Assembly: GCA_017447775.1 (NCBI GenBank)
Contig: JAFSMU010000025.1
Location: 158-64,157 of the forward strand
Source of the DNA: Clostridia bacterium
GTDB taxonomy: Bacteria > Bacillota > Clostridia > Oscillospirales > CAG-272
Length of the DNA: 64,000 bases
Reading direction: 5' to 3'
Position 1 is the first letter of the stretch, and every line of letters starts with the position of its first letter. The translations under genes and the position numbers were made by a program. Under the pieces are notes generated by a model. The model saw only the letters and a program-made list of their open reading frames with translations, ran no database searches and was not told the DNA's origin. Positions 37,798 through 47,910 of the stretch are shown here, piece after piece.

Positions 37798-39957
37798 TTA
37801 GCATAAAATACCCTTCATCGAAAGGCTTATGCGCCTTTTGACGGCGTCGACGGATTTTATCTTCACCTTGACCTTGTCGCCCACGGAGAGCACTTCGCTT
37901 GGGTGCTTTATGAACTTATCCGATATCTCGGAAACGTGAACGAGGCCGTCCTGGTGAACGCCGATATCGACGAAAGCGCCGAAGTCGATGACGTTGCGAA
38001 CAACGCCGTCGAGAATCATGCCGGGTTTGAGATCCGCCATATCGAGAATGTCGGAGCGAAGCTCGGGCATCGGCAGATCGTCGCGTATGTCGCGGCCGGG
38101 CTTTTCAAGCTCTTTTGCGATGTCAAGGATCGTCGGCGCGCCCGCGTCGATCTCGGATGCGAGCTTGTCAACGCCGTATTTTTCGATAGCCGTGCGAAGT
38201 CCGCGTATGCGCGACGCGCGCACGTCCTCGTCGGAGTAGCCGAATTTGTTTATGATCGCGCGCGCCTTGGCGTAAGACTCGGGGTGGATGCCCGTGTTGT
38301 CAAGTATTTCGTCAGAGCCTGAAACGCGCAAAAATCCCGCGCACTGCTCAAACGCCTTCGCGCCGATCTTGGGAACTTTCAGAATTTGCCGTCTTTCTCT
38401 GAACTCGCCGTTTTCCTCGCGGTATTTTACGATGTTCTTCGCCGTTGTGGCGTTGATTCCCGCGATGTGCGAGAGCAGGGAATGGGAAGCCGTGTTTACG
38501 TCGACGCCGACGGCGTTCACGCAGTCCTCGACAACGCCCGAGAGCGCCTCGTCGAGCCGCGCCTGCTTCATATCGTGCTGATACTGCCCGACGCCGATCG
38601 ATTTGGGATCGATCTTCACAAGCTCCGCCAGCGGATCTTGTATGCGGCGCGCTATGCTTACGGCGCTTCGCTGGGTAACGTCAAAATCGGGGAATTCGTC
38701 CGCCGCAAGCTTTGACGCGGAATAAACCGACGCGCCCGCCTCGCTTGTCATTATGTATTTTACCTGCCCGCCGAACTCGCGCAGCGTGTCGGCGATAAAT
38801 ATCTCGCTTTCCTTTGACGCGGTGCCGTTGCCGATGGATACGACGTCAACGCCCCATTTCTTTATCAGGCGCACGACGACTTTTTTGGAGCCTTCGATGT
38901 CCTCGCGCGGCTTTGTGGGGTAGATGACGGCGGTGTCAAGCACCTTGCCCGTTTTGTCGACGACGGCGAGCTTGCATCCCGTGCGGTAGCCGGGGTCAAG
39001 CCCCAGCACCGTTTTGCCCTTTATCGGCGCCTGCATAAGCAGGTTTTTAAGATTCTGCGAAAACAGCTTTATCGCGCCCTCGCTTGCAGCGTCGAACAGA
39101 TCGGAGCGTATCTCGCGCTCGATGGACGGCGCGATCAGCCTGTCGTAGCTGTCTGTCATCGCCGAAATAACGTAAGGCACGGCGGGGCTTTTCGGGTTCG
39201 TCACGACCTCGCCCAGCAGGTAGTTCAGTATGATGTCCGTCGGCACCTCAATCATAGCTTTCAGAAATTCCTCGTTTTCGCCGCGGTTTATGGCAAGAAC
39301 GCGGTGCGGCGGCACGGCGGATATTTTTTCGCTGTAATCGTAGTACATGGAGTAAACGGAGTCCTCGTCCTTCGCCTTTTTTGACGAAAGGAAGCCGTAT
39401 TCGTAAGTCAGGGCGCGGATCTCGCGGCGGTAGTCCGCATTGTCGGAAATATCCTCGGCGATGATGTCTTTTGCGCCCCCGAGCGCGTCCTGCGCCGTTG
39501 CAACTCCCTTTTCCTCGTCGATATAGTCGGCGGCGATGTCGATGATCGGGCGCTCGTATTCGTCCCTCTGCTCGAAAATGAGCTGTGAGAGCGGCTCAAG
39601 TCCGCGCTCGCGCGCAACGGACGCGCGCGTCTTTCTCTTTTGCTTGTACGGGCGGTAGATGTCCTCGACTTCGGCAAGTATCTGCGCCGCGTCGAGCGCG
39701 TCGGAGATCTCGTCCGTCATTTTGCCTTGCTCCGTTATGGCGTTTCTGACTTCATCTTTGCGTTTTTCAAGCGAGCGCAGGTAGTTCAGCCTGTCGAGCA
39801 GGGCGCGCAGCGCGTCGTCGTCAAGCGATCCCGTAACTTCTTTGCGGTAGCGGGCGATAAACGGCACGGTGTTGCCCTCGTCAAGCAGCTTTACCGCCGC
39901 CTCGACCTGCGAAGCCCTTATGTTCAGTTCTTCCGATAATTTTTGAATGATGTCCAT
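37798..39957 (-). CDS. tex: Tex RNA-binding transcriptional accessory protein
   Basis: GNTVPFIARYRKE, LDPGYRTGCK, IGVGQYQHD, HhH and S1 domains. Confidence 0.96.
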   Translation of the reverse strand: MDIIQKLSEELNIRASQVEAAVKLLDEGNTVPFIARYRKEVTGSLDDDALRALLDRLNYLRSLEKRKDEVRNAITEQGKMTDEISDALDAAQILAEVEDIYRPYKQKRKTRASVARERGLEPLSQLIFEQRDEYERPIIDIAADYIDEEKGVATAQDALGGAKDIIAEDISDNADYRREIRALTYEYGFLSSKKAKDEDSVYSMYYDYSEKISAVPPHRVLAINRGENEEFLKAMIEVPTDIILNYLLGEVVTNPKSPAVPYVISAMTDSYDRLIAPSIEREIRSDLFDAASEGAIKLFSQNLKNLLMQAPIKGKTVLGLDPGYRTGCKLAVVDKTGKVLDTAVIYPTKPREDIEGSKKVVVRLIKKWGVDVVSIGNGTASKESEIFIADTLREFGGQVKYIMTSEAGASVYSASKLAADEFPDFDVTQRSAVSIARRIQDPLAELVKIDPKSIGVGQYQHDMKQARLDEALSGVVEDCVNAVGVDVNTASHSLLSHIAGINATTAKNIVKYREENGEFRERRQILKVPKIGAKAFEQCAGFLRVSGSDEILDNTGIHPESYAKARAIINKFGYSDEDVRASRIRGLRTAIEKYGVDKLASEIDAGAPTILDIAKELEKPGRDIRDDLPMPELRSDILDMADLKPGMILDGVVRNVIDFGAFVDIGVHQDGLVHVSEISDKFIKHPSEVLSVGDKVKVKIKSVDAVKRRISLSMKGILC

Positions 39958-39969
39958 ATATTGCTCCTG

Positions 39970-41223
39970 TCAATTATTATTCATTTCCGACCATTTGTCT
40001 TTTGTCAGCAAAGAAACGTGTCCGATCCTTACTTCGTTCATCGCGGGAACGGGTAAGTCGCTTGACGTATGATGATAAACAAACCCCAACTTTTCCTGCA
40101 CCCGCTTTGATTTGCTGTTTCCGTCATAATAACCGCACCAAACAGCGCCAAGATTCAACTCTTCAAAGCCGTATTTAAGTAATGCCTTCGCTGCCTCCGG
40201 CATATAGCCGTTGCCCCAATAAGGCTTGCCCAGCCAATAGCCGAGTTCAAGCTCGTCCGCCTTGTCCGTAAGGTCTGTTTTTGTTTTAAGTTCCACACAT
40301 CCGATGGGATGAATTATATCTTCTTTAAGACAAATGGCAAAACAGTAGGGGTGATGATCGAGAAAGTGGGAGATGATCACTCTGCTGTCGTCGATCGTTT
40401 TGTGCGGCGGCCACCCTGCGATAGGTCCCACGTCGGGATCACAGGCATACTTGAACATTGACGGCGCGTCGCTCATCATCCATTTTCTCAGTATCAGCCT
40501 TTCGGTTTTGAGCATATCGCCTGCTTTCCCGGTTAAAATTTTTATTTCCGTGTCGTCAAGCTCGCGCCACTCGCCGCGCGAAAGGCTTGCGTCAAGCGGT
40601 ATGCCGCCGAATGAGATGCGTTCAAGATACGTTATCTTGTTCCCGATGGCGCCGAACATCCGCTTTATCTGGTGGAATTTGCCCTCGTAAACGGTGATTT
40701 TGCCGCGCGTCGACGATTCGATCTCGACTTTCGCCTGGAGAGTGGACGATTTTTCCCCGATGTCGACACCGTTTTCAAGCACGCGCACGTCGGCTTTCGA
40801 CAGCGGTTTTTCGCACTCGAAAAGGTATGTTTTCTCCGCGTGCTTTGACGGGGAGAGCAGCTCGTGCGCGCTCTTGCCGTCGTTTGTGATGATAAGAAGC
40901 CCCAGCGTGTTTTTGTCGAGCCTGCCGCACGGGAACAGCCCCATTTTTTTGTACTTTTCGGGGAGCAGATCAAGCACCGTTTCGCCCTCTCCGTCCTCGG
41001 TCGCGGAAAGCACCCCGTCGGGCTTGTTGAGCATTATGTAAACGAATCGCCGATACAAAACCGGAACGCCGCCAAAGCAGATTTGCGCCGACTCGGGATC
41101 GACATGAATCGACGTGTCTGATATGACCTTGCCGTCAACGGTGATCTCCCCGGCGCGCGCCGTGCGTTTTGCCTCGGTGCGGGAGCATACTCCCGTTTCC
41201 GATAGAAACCTGTCAAGCCGCAT
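39970..41223 (-). CDS. RsuA-family pseudouridine synthase fused to a RimJ/RimL-type GNAT acetyltransferase
   Basis: S4 domain (MRLDRFL), GRLDKNTLGLL, EGKFHQIKRM, then MLKTERLILR...ELGYWLGKPYWGNGY...EKLGF in the same frame. Confidence 0.88.
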   Translation of the reverse strand: MRLDRFLSETGVCSRTEAKRTARAGEITVDGKVISDTSIHVDPESAQICFGGVPVLYRRFVYIMLNKPDGVLSATEDGEGETVLDLLPEKYKKMGLFPCGRLDKNTLGLLIITNDGKSAHELLSPSKHAEKTYLFECEKPLSKADVRVLENGVDIGEKSSTLQAKVEIESSTRGKITVYEGKFHQIKRMFGAIGNKITYLERISFGGIPLDASLSRGEWRELDDTEIKILTGKAGDMLKTERLILRKWMMSDAPSMFKYACDPDVGPIAGWPPHKTIDDSRVIISHFLDHHPYCFAICLKEDIIHPIGCVELKTKTDLTDKADELELGYWLGKPYWGNGYMPEAAKALLKYGFEELNLGAVWCGYYDGNSKSKRVQEKLGFVYHHTSSDLPVPAMNEVRIGHVSLLTKDKWSEMNNN

Positions 41224-41319
41224 AACGCCCTCCAAGATAATTTATTATATATATTATATCATATTATCGGCGCGATGTAAAGAAAAAAATAAAAAGACGG
41301 GCGATGATTTTCGCGCGGC

Positions 41320-41475
41320 ACTCCTTTGCACAAAATAGGATTTTTTCCGCCGCCAATGCGCGTGCCGGGTGTCGCCAAAGGCGACGGAAGGGGGCGAGGT
41401 TGTTTTACGTCACGAACAATCCCTCCGTCAACTCGCTATGCTCGTTGCCACCTCCCTTTACACAAAGGAGGCTTT
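41320..41475. repeat. REP/REPIN-like inverted pair
   Basis: gggtgtcgccaaaggcgacggaaggg (41367-41392) faces ccctccgtca...tgccacctccctttacacaaaggaggc (41421-41472); non-coding. Confidence 0.6.
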
Positions 41476-41544
41476 TATTCGCGCTCCGCGCCGCAAGGAG
41501 CCTTTTTACCACCGCGCAAAAAGGCGCGTTGCCGCGCCTTTGAG

Positions 41545-42171
41545 TCATTTCCCCACGAACATCTGCGTCCAGTAGTTGCCGTTTTCATAATGCCCGACGC
41601 CGATCTCCGTGTACGTTTTATTCAATATATTCTCGCGATGACCTTTCGAGTTCATCCACCCGTCGACGACCGCCTTCGGAGTCGAATACCCGCGCGCGAT
41701 GTTCTCGCCCGCCGTTTTGTACTGTATGCCGTAGTTTCTCATCATGTCAAACGGCGAGCCGTAACTCGGACTTATGTGCGAAAAATACCCCGCGTCGTGC
41801 ATATCCTTCGACTTTATCCGCGCCACGCGGCAAAGATCGGCTGAAATTTTAAGCTCCGTCAGCCCGTTTTTGCGGCGGATGTCGTTCACAAGGCGGCAGA
41901 CCTCCTCCTCGAATGACGAAACAAGCTTTGAATCAGTATCTTTCGCCGCGTCGTCAGCCGGAAGATAGACCGTGTCGCCGGGATAGATAAGGTTCGGATC
42001 CTTAAGGTGCGTGTTCAGCGAAAGTATATCTGAAAACTTAACTCCGTACTGCCGCGAAATGCCCCACAGCGTGTCGCCGCGCGTTACGGTGTGCGTTGCG
42101 GCAGACGCGCCAACCGACAAAAGCATGATAAGCGTAAACGCGGTAAGTGCAAGCGATGTTGTTTTTTTCAT
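41545..42171 (-). CDS. LysM + CAP(SCP) domain protein (SafA/YkwD-like spore coat protein)
   Basis: Signal-like N-terminus, HTVTRGDTLWGIS...PNLIYPGD (LysM), AGENIA, WMNSKGHRENIL, YWTQMF (CAP). Confidence 0.9.
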   Translation of the reverse strand: MKKTTSLALTAFTLIMLLSVGASAATHTVTRGDTLWGISRQYGVKFSDILSLNTHLKDPNLIYPGDTVYLPADDAAKDTDSKLVSSFEEEVCRLVNDIRRKNGLTELKISADLCRVARIKSKDMHDAGYFSHISPSYGSPFDMMRNYGIQYKTAGENIARGYSTPKAVVDGWMNSKGHRENILNKTYTEIGVGHYENGNYWTQMFVGK

Positions 42172-42334
42172 TTGTGACCTCCTTTTTTCGTCGTTTCTAT
42201 TTTGTCCCACAAAGCGCGCCCGAAACGGTGAAATTTTTCCCATGACCGCATAAATTTATTTTCAAAAAAAGTCATTGACTTATAAATTAAATTATAGTAT
42301 TATAAAGTGAGTAAATGAAAAAACGGTAAATTGT

Positions 42335-42901
42335 ATGGATATTTTTGAGATCATCGCGCTTGCGGTGGGACTTTCGATGGACGCTTTCGCCGTCGCCGTG
42401 TGCAAGGGGCTTTCCGTCGGGCAAGTCAAAGCAAAGCACATCATAATAGTGGGACTTTATTTCGGCGGCTTTCAGGCGCTTATGCCGATGGCGGGATACC
42501 TGCTCGGTTCGCTTTTCGCAACGTACATCGCGTCATTCGACCACTGGATAGCATTTGCCCTGCTTTCGCTGATCGGCGCTAATATGATACGCGAATCATT
42601 TTCAAAGGAAGAGGACAAAACGGGCAACTCGCTTGCGTTTTTCGGCATGATGCTTCTCGCCGTGGCGACAAGCATCGACGCGCTCGCCGTCGGGATAACG
42701 TTCTCGTTTGAAATGGACGTATGGCAGGCGCTTTTATCAAGCGGCATCATCGGGGTCATCACCTTCTCGCTTTCGGCGCTCGGCGTCAAAGTGGGCAGTG
42801 TTTTCGGTGAAAAGTATAAATCAAAAGCCGAACTTGTCGGGGGAATAATACTCATCATTATCGGCATCAAGGTGCTTCTCGAAGGACTTGGCGTAATATA
42901 A
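42335..42901 (+). CDS. mntP: Manganese efflux pump MntP family
   Basis: LSMDAFAVA, FQALMP, ATSIDALAVG; promoter TTGACT-17-TATTAT at 42275-42303. Confidence 0.92.
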   Translation: MDIFEIIALAVGLSMDAFAVAVCKGLSVGQVKAKHIIIVGLYFGGFQALMPMAGYLLGSLFATYIASFDHWIAFALLSLIGANMIRESFSKEEDKTGNSLAFFGMMLLAVATSIDALAVGITFSFEMDVWQALLSSGIIGVITFSLSALGVKVGSVFGEKYKSKAELVGGIILIIIGIKVLLEGLGVI

Positions 42902-42912
42902 AGGAGAAAGAA

Positions 42913-44868
42913 ATGGATAATCGGACAAACGGCGCCCACCGCCATCCCGGCGGCAAGCAAAAGGAGGAACGTCCAAAGACCTTCGGCGAGGCGATGCGCC
43001 GCGTCGGCAAGGTGATAGGCGGCTTTTTCTCGCGCCTCGGCTACATATTCAAACTTGTGTGGGAAACGCGCCCGTGGATACTTTTCGCAATGCTCGGCCT
43101 CGCCATTCTCGAGGGCGCGCTGCCTGTCGTTAAGGCGCTCGCCGCCGCCGAGATACTCAACGAGCTTGCCGCGGCATACAGCGCGTCAAAGCTCGGGCAA
43201 AGCTTTGATTTCTGGCTCATAATGCGGCCGCTCATAATCGAGTTCGTGCTGATATTCATAACAAGCCTTTCGACAAACGTCGACACGATCGTGCGGCGCA
43301 TCGCGGGCGAGCTTGTGGTGCATACTGTAAAGCTCAAAATCATGAAAAAAGCCAAAATAGTCGATATGCAGAGCTTCGACCGCCCCGAATTTTACGAAAA
43401 GCTCGAAAACGCCTCGCGCGAGGCGGGCAACCGCCCGATACAGATAATCGGCTCGACGTTCAACGTCGTCAGCACCGTGATAAGCATGGTTTCGTTCATA
43501 ATCATCCTCTGGGGACTCAGCCCCGCGGCGCCGTTCATAATCGCCGCGCTCGCGCTGCCGGGGGCGATAGTTACGTTCATCTATCGCAAAAAGGTGTTCT
43601 CCTTTGTCCGTATGCGCTCAAAAGACCGCCGCCAGCTTGCGTATTATTCGGACGTCGTAACGAACAAAGACCTCGCGAAAGAGGTACGCATTTTCGGCCT
43701 TTCCGACTTCTTTACCGATAAATATAAAGGCACGTTCAAAAAGTATTTTTCGGGACTGAAACGCCTGTTTCTCGGCGAGGGCGCGTGGAATACCGGCTTT
43801 GCCATAGTCAGCGCCGTCGTCAACTGCCTGCTTTTCTTGTTCGTGGCGCAGGGCGTGTATAACGGCACCTCGCAGATTGGCGACTACTCGCTTTATACGG
43901 GCGCGCTCGGCTCGGTTTCCGGCGCCGTCCGCACGCTTGTCGCCGCAACGGCGACGATATACGAGGGAACGCTGTTCATCGACAACCTCATTTCGTTCAT
44001 AAAGGAGCCGCAGACGCTCATTTCAACGGCGGACGAGCCTGTAATGCCGGAGCGGCACGTGGCGCACAAGATCGAATTTTGCGACGTATCGTTCCGCTAC
44101 CCCGGCGCCGATCACGACACGATAAAGCATTTTTCCGCAACGATAAACCCCGGCGACACCGTCGTGCTTGTGGGACTTAACGGCGCGGGAAAGACGACGC
44201 TTATCAAGCTCCTCACGCGCCTGTACGATCCGACCGACGGCAAGATAATGCTCGACGGGCGCGACATCCGCGAGTACGATCCGACGGCGCTGTATAAGAT
44301 ATTCGGCATCATTTTCCAGGACTTCGGCAAATACGCCGTCAGCGTTGCCGAAAACGTCGCCATGAGCGACACCGACGCGCCGCTCGATATGGAGCGCGTC
44401 AAAGAATCGGCAAAGCAGGGCAACGCCGACAGCTTTATCAAAGACCTGCCCGACGGCTACGAAACGGCGCTTATGCGGATCTTTGAGGAAAACGGCACCG
44501 AGCTTTCCATCGGCCAGTGGCAAAAACTCTCGGTGGCGCGCGCCTTTTACTGCGATTCCGACGTGCTGATCCTCGACGAGCCTACAGCGTCGCTTGACGC
44601 TATCGCCGAGCAGGAAATATACAGCCAGTTCGACAGTCTGCGTAAAGACAAGACGACGATCTTTGTGTCGCACAGGCTGTCAAGCGCGACGGTGGCGGAC
44701 AACATACTCGTCGTTGAAAACGGCATGCTTATCGAGCAGGGAAATCACGCGCAGCTGATGAAGCTCGGCGGCAAGTACGCGGAGCTGTTCACAACGCAGG
44801 CAAAGAGATATATGGAATCAAAAGACGAAGTTGAAGAATACGAAAACGCAAAAGGAGAAAACAAATGA
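42913..44868 (+). CDS. ABC exporter, fused permease/ATPase
   Basis: Six-TM N-domain, AKEVRIF, GLNGAGKTT, LSIGQWQK, LDEPTASLD. Confidence 0.92.
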   Translation: MDNRTNGAHRHPGGKQKEERPKTFGEAMRRVGKVIGGFFSRLGYIFKLVWETRPWILFAMLGLAILEGALPVVKALAAAEILNELAAAYSASKLGQSFDFWLIMRPLIIEFVLIFITSLSTNVDTIVRRIAGELVVHTVKLKIMKKAKIVDMQSFDRPEFYEKLENASREAGNRPIQIIGSTFNVVSTVISMVSFIIILWGLSPAAPFIIAALALPGAIVTFIYRKKVFSFVRMRSKDRRQLAYYSDVVTNKDLAKEVRIFGLSDFFTDKYKGTFKKYFSGLKRLFLGEGAWNTGFAIVSAVVNCLLFLFVAQGVYNGTSQIGDYSLYTGALGSVSGAVRTLVAATATIYEGTLFIDNLISFIKEPQTLISTADEPVMPERHVAHKIEFCDVSFRYPGADHDTIKHFSATINPGDTVVLVGLNGAGKTTLIKLLTRLYDPTDGKIMLDGRDIREYDPTALYKIFGIIFQDFGKYAVSVAENVAMSDTDAPLDMERVKESAKQGNADSFIKDLPDGYETALMRIFEENGTELSIGQWQKLSVARAFYCDSDVLILDEPTASLDAIAEQEIYSQFDSLRKDKTTIFVSHRLSSATVADNILVVENGMLIEQGNHAQLMKLGGKYAELFTTQAKRYMESKDEVEEYENAKGENK

Positions 44869-45650
44869 AAACGGCAATTCAGCTTTACACTTTGCGGCGC
44901 GAGGCCGCAGACGACCTTGAAGGGACGCTCGCCGCGGTGAAAAACGCGGGATACGACGGCGTTGAGCTTGCGGGCCTTTACGGGAGGAGCGGCGAGGAGA
45001 TGAAGGCGCTGCTCGATAAATACGGCCTTGTGCCGATATCGGCGCACATCGGGCTGAACTCGACGGATGAGCAAACACTTTCGGAATATGAAAAAATCGG
45101 CATAAAATACGCCGTCGTTCCGATGACGCGAAAGCCGACCGAGGACACAAAGAGCGAGCTGCTGGCTGAAATTTCGGGCGCCGCCGAAAAATTTTCCGCC
45201 CACGGATTCATCCCCGGCTACCACAACCACACATACGAATTTGAAATTTGCTACGGCGGCCGCCCGTGGCACGACTACGTCATGGACGCCATCCCGTCGG
45301 CTGTGGCTGAGCTTGACCTTTGCTGGCTTGAAGTCGGCGGCGGGGATGCGGCAAAGTACATTGAAAAATACCGCGGCCGCGTCGATCTTCTTCACGTCAA
45401 AGACTACGTCGGGCGCGGAAAAATCACAAAAAACGACGGCACACCGCCCGCATTTCCGCTTGACGCGGGGCTCGACTTTGACCAAAGGGCAGTCGGCGAC
45501 GGCGTGCTTGATATGAAAGCGATCGTGTCGGCGGCAAAGGATTGCGGCACAAAATGGCTTATCGTCGAGCTTGACGAGCCGCAGAAAAACACTACGGCGC
45601 TTGAGTGCGCTACACGATCCGCCGCGGCGCTGAAAACATTTATAAATTGA
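44865..45650 (+). CDS. Sugar phosphate isomerase/epimerase (AP endonuclease 2 TIM barrel)
   Basis: IQLYTLR, GYDGVE, YHNH..EF, ELD..W, HVKD, IVE.D. Confidence 0.9.
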   Translation: MKTAIQLYTLRREAADDLEGTLAAVKNAGYDGVELAGLYGRSGEEMKALLDKYGLVPISAHIGLNSTDEQTLSEYEKIGIKYAVVPMTRKPTEDTKSELLAEISGAAEKFSAHGFIPGYHNHTYEFEICYGGRPWHDYVMDAIPSAVAELDLCWLEVGGGDAAKYIEKYRGRVDLLHVKDYVGRGKITKNDGTPPAFPLDAGLDFDQRAVGDGVLDMKAIVSAAKDCGTKWLIVELDEPQKNTTALECATRSAAALKTFIN

Positions 45651-45744
45651 AATAATTGAATATATGCAGATAGTTAAAAAGCACGGCGCCGCCGTGCTTT
45701 TTAACTGTTTTGAAAGGAGTTTATCTATGAAAACAGAATGAATG

Positions 45745-46665
45745 TCAGAATATCTTTTCGCCGAGTTCTTCAAGCGCCTCGTTCGAGAATTTGCCGATCT
45801 CAACGTCGTCAAAGAGCGTCCAGCGTTCAGTGTGCGTTATCGACTCGCCCTTCTTCAGCTTCTTGACCTCGGACAGCGTTTCGCACTCTGTAAAGAGCGC
45901 CGACGCGTAAACTTCGCACGACATACCGCCGTCGGGGTAGTTGCCGCCGGGGTGATTGACGTCGTAATCCTTCACAAGCGCCTGCCCGTGATTTACGTAA
46001 GCGGCCTTGTGGGATGTGTTGTTTATGCCGAATTTGATAGCGTCCTCAACCTCGGGATCCTGCCTCAGCGCAATGTATTTGTCGCCCCAGAAAACGCGGC
46101 TGTCGCTCATTTTCGTGTACGGCCAGAGGGCGAGAACGCGGTTGTTAAGAAGGCCTGTGTCCTCAGTCGGCTGGGGAACTATGACAGCGCCCCCCTGATC
46201 CATGACCGAAAGGCACCAAACCGCGCCCTCGATCGGCTGTTTTGAGCAGTTTGTGATCTTGTTTGTGACCGTTATCTTCGGCTCCGTTTCGTCAAGCTCG
46301 ACCGAAAGGCAAAGCTGAAGTCCCGTCATATCCTGCTGCGCGGGTGTGAAGACGGCTCCGTTTGCGCTTGTCGTGTAAACGACTTTTTCGTTGTCGGGGT
46401 AGTATGTATCCGGGAACTTTTCGGGGCTGAGCCAAATTCTGTGCCCGCCGTAGATATACCACGATCTGCCCTCGCCGAAAAGCGACGAAACGTCGTGCGA
46501 CAGCTTGCGCTCAACGTCGTTGAACATAAGGTTTTCCTTGCCCGCAAGATTACATTTTATTATTCTCGGACCGAGGTCAACGGTAACGAGGACTTCAACT
46601 TTTTCATTAGAAAGCTGAAGGCACTTGCCGTAGTTCTTATAGGAAACTTCCTTTATCGAAACCAT
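45745..46665 (-). CDS. Conserved hypothetical protein, galactose-mutarotase-like (DUF4380-like)
   Basis: GPRII, YGGHRIW.SPE, YPDGG..CEVY, E.ETLS; AAGGAG RBS before MVSIKE. Confidence 0.7.
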   Translation of the reverse strand: MVSIKEVSYKNYGKCLQLSNEKVEVLVTVDLGPRIIKCNLAGKENLMFNDVERKLSHDVSSLFGEGRSWYIYGGHRIWLSPEKFPDTYYPDNEKVVYTTSANGAVFTPAQQDMTGLQLCLSVELDETEPKITVTNKITNCSKQPIEGAVWCLSVMDQGGAVIVPQPTEDTGLLNNRVLALWPYTKMSDSRVFWGDKYIALRQDPEVEDAIKFGINNTSHKAAYVNHGQALVKDYDVNHPGGNYPDGGMSCEVYASALFTECETLSEVKKLKKGESITHTERWTLFDDVEIGKFSNEALEELGEKIF

Positions 46666-46883
46666 AAAAAAATCTCTCCTTGCATTTATATATAAATATT
46701 TAAGTTTGTCAATATGTTCTCGTCTTTTTCCCCGCCTTTTGTTTTTTGCGCGTACCGCGCACTGTATTCGGGGAAAATTTTTTGACTCGGACTCCGCCGT
46801 CAAGCGTCGCCCGAAGGGGAACATATATAAAACTATAAATATTTACGAATATAAATGTAAAGAGAGATTATTCCGATATAGCC

Positions 46884-47348
46884 TCAATTTTCGCTTTTGT
46901 CGGAGCGTATCTTTTCCAGCTCGCGCAAAAACGTATCGAGATCCTTGAATTCTCTGTAAACGGATGCGAACCTGACGTATGCGACCTCGTCAAGCTCTTT
47001 GAGTTTATCCATAACGAGCACGCCTATATGGCTGCTCGAAATTTCGTGCGAAAGTGAGTTTTGCAGTTCTGCCTCTATCTGCGAGGCGATCGTTTCAAGC
47101 TGCTCCATCGTAACGGGGCGCTTGTTGCACGCGTTCATCATACCGCGGAGCAATTTTTCTTTGTCAAAGACTTCGCGCGTTTTATCTTTTTTGACTACGA
47201 GGAGGGGAAGTGTTTCTATCGTTTCGTACGTTGTAAATCTGTTCTGGCACGAAAGGCACTCGCGGCGGCGGCGGATGCTGACGCCTTCCTCTGTGGGGCG
47301 GGAGTCAACAACTTTGCTTTCTGTATAACCGCATACGGGACACTTCAT
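46884..47348 (-). CDS. nrdR: Transcriptional repressor NrdR
   Basis: [36 protein letters not shown]. Confidence 0.97.
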   Translation of the reverse strand: MKCPVCGYTESKVVDSRPTEEGVSIRRRRECLSCQNRFTTYETIETLPLLVVKKDKTREVFDKEKLLRGMMNACNKRPVTMEQLETIASQIEAELQNSLSHEISSSHIGVLVMDKLKELDEVAYVRFASVYREFKDLDTFLRELEKIRSDKSEN

Positions 47349-47489
47349 GTTATTACCTCGTATTCCTTTTGATACACGTTAATTATATCACAAAATTTTC
47401 CGTTTGTAAATCGGTAAACGCAAAATTTTTTTATTTTTTTGTTTTGCACAGTTTTTTGATGTTTGATTTTCTTTGCGCGGCGCGTGTTT

Positions 47490-47546
47490 TGTCGCTTTTT
47501 GATGAGTTTTATCGAAAAAAGATGAAAATTGTCGAATGGTGTCAAA
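47490..47546 (+). promoter_or_regulatory. Phased cluster of Spo0A-box-like heptamers
   Basis: TGTCGCT (47490), TATCGAA (47510), TGTCGAA (47530) and TGTCAAA (47540), spaced 20/20/10 bp. Confidence 0.55.
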
Positions 47547-47655
47547 TTCTGCCTTTTCCGCTTGAAAAAGCGACCATTTCTGCCTTTGATCCACTATGGA
47601 AAACGTCCGTTTTGCGATGTATAATCTTATCGTAACGATCACGCGAGGTGAATGT

Positions 47656-47910
47656 ATGAAAGAAAAAAAGAAAATCGCGCCGCTGTGCCGCGGCGCAAAT
47701 CTCATCTGCAAATTGACCGTCCCGCTTATTGTTGTCGAGATCGTCTACATACTTGTTTTTATAAGCTCGCTCGGCGCGCAGGAGATACTGTCGCAGCGCG
47801 ACGTGCTTTCCGTTATGATCGAGGACGTTTTGGCGTCGGTGCTTTGCTCCGTTTTCGGAATGCTTCTTTTCGACTGGGCGTACAAGCGCGAAAACGATCA
47901 GCCTTCGTAA
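47656..47910 (+). CDS. Small two-TM hypothetical membrane protein
   Basis: GAGGTG RBS, upstream TATAAT, two hydrophobic segments, 84 aa. Confidence 0.65.
   Translation: MKEKKKIAPLCRGANLICKLTVPLIVVEIVYILVFISSLGAQEILSQRDVLSVMIEDVLASVLCSVFGMLLFDWAYKRENDQPS

Noticed and set aside
42250-42334. yybP-ykoY manganese riboswitch before mntP
   Set aside because: The promoter lies only about 30 nt from the ATG, leaving no room for an aptamer.
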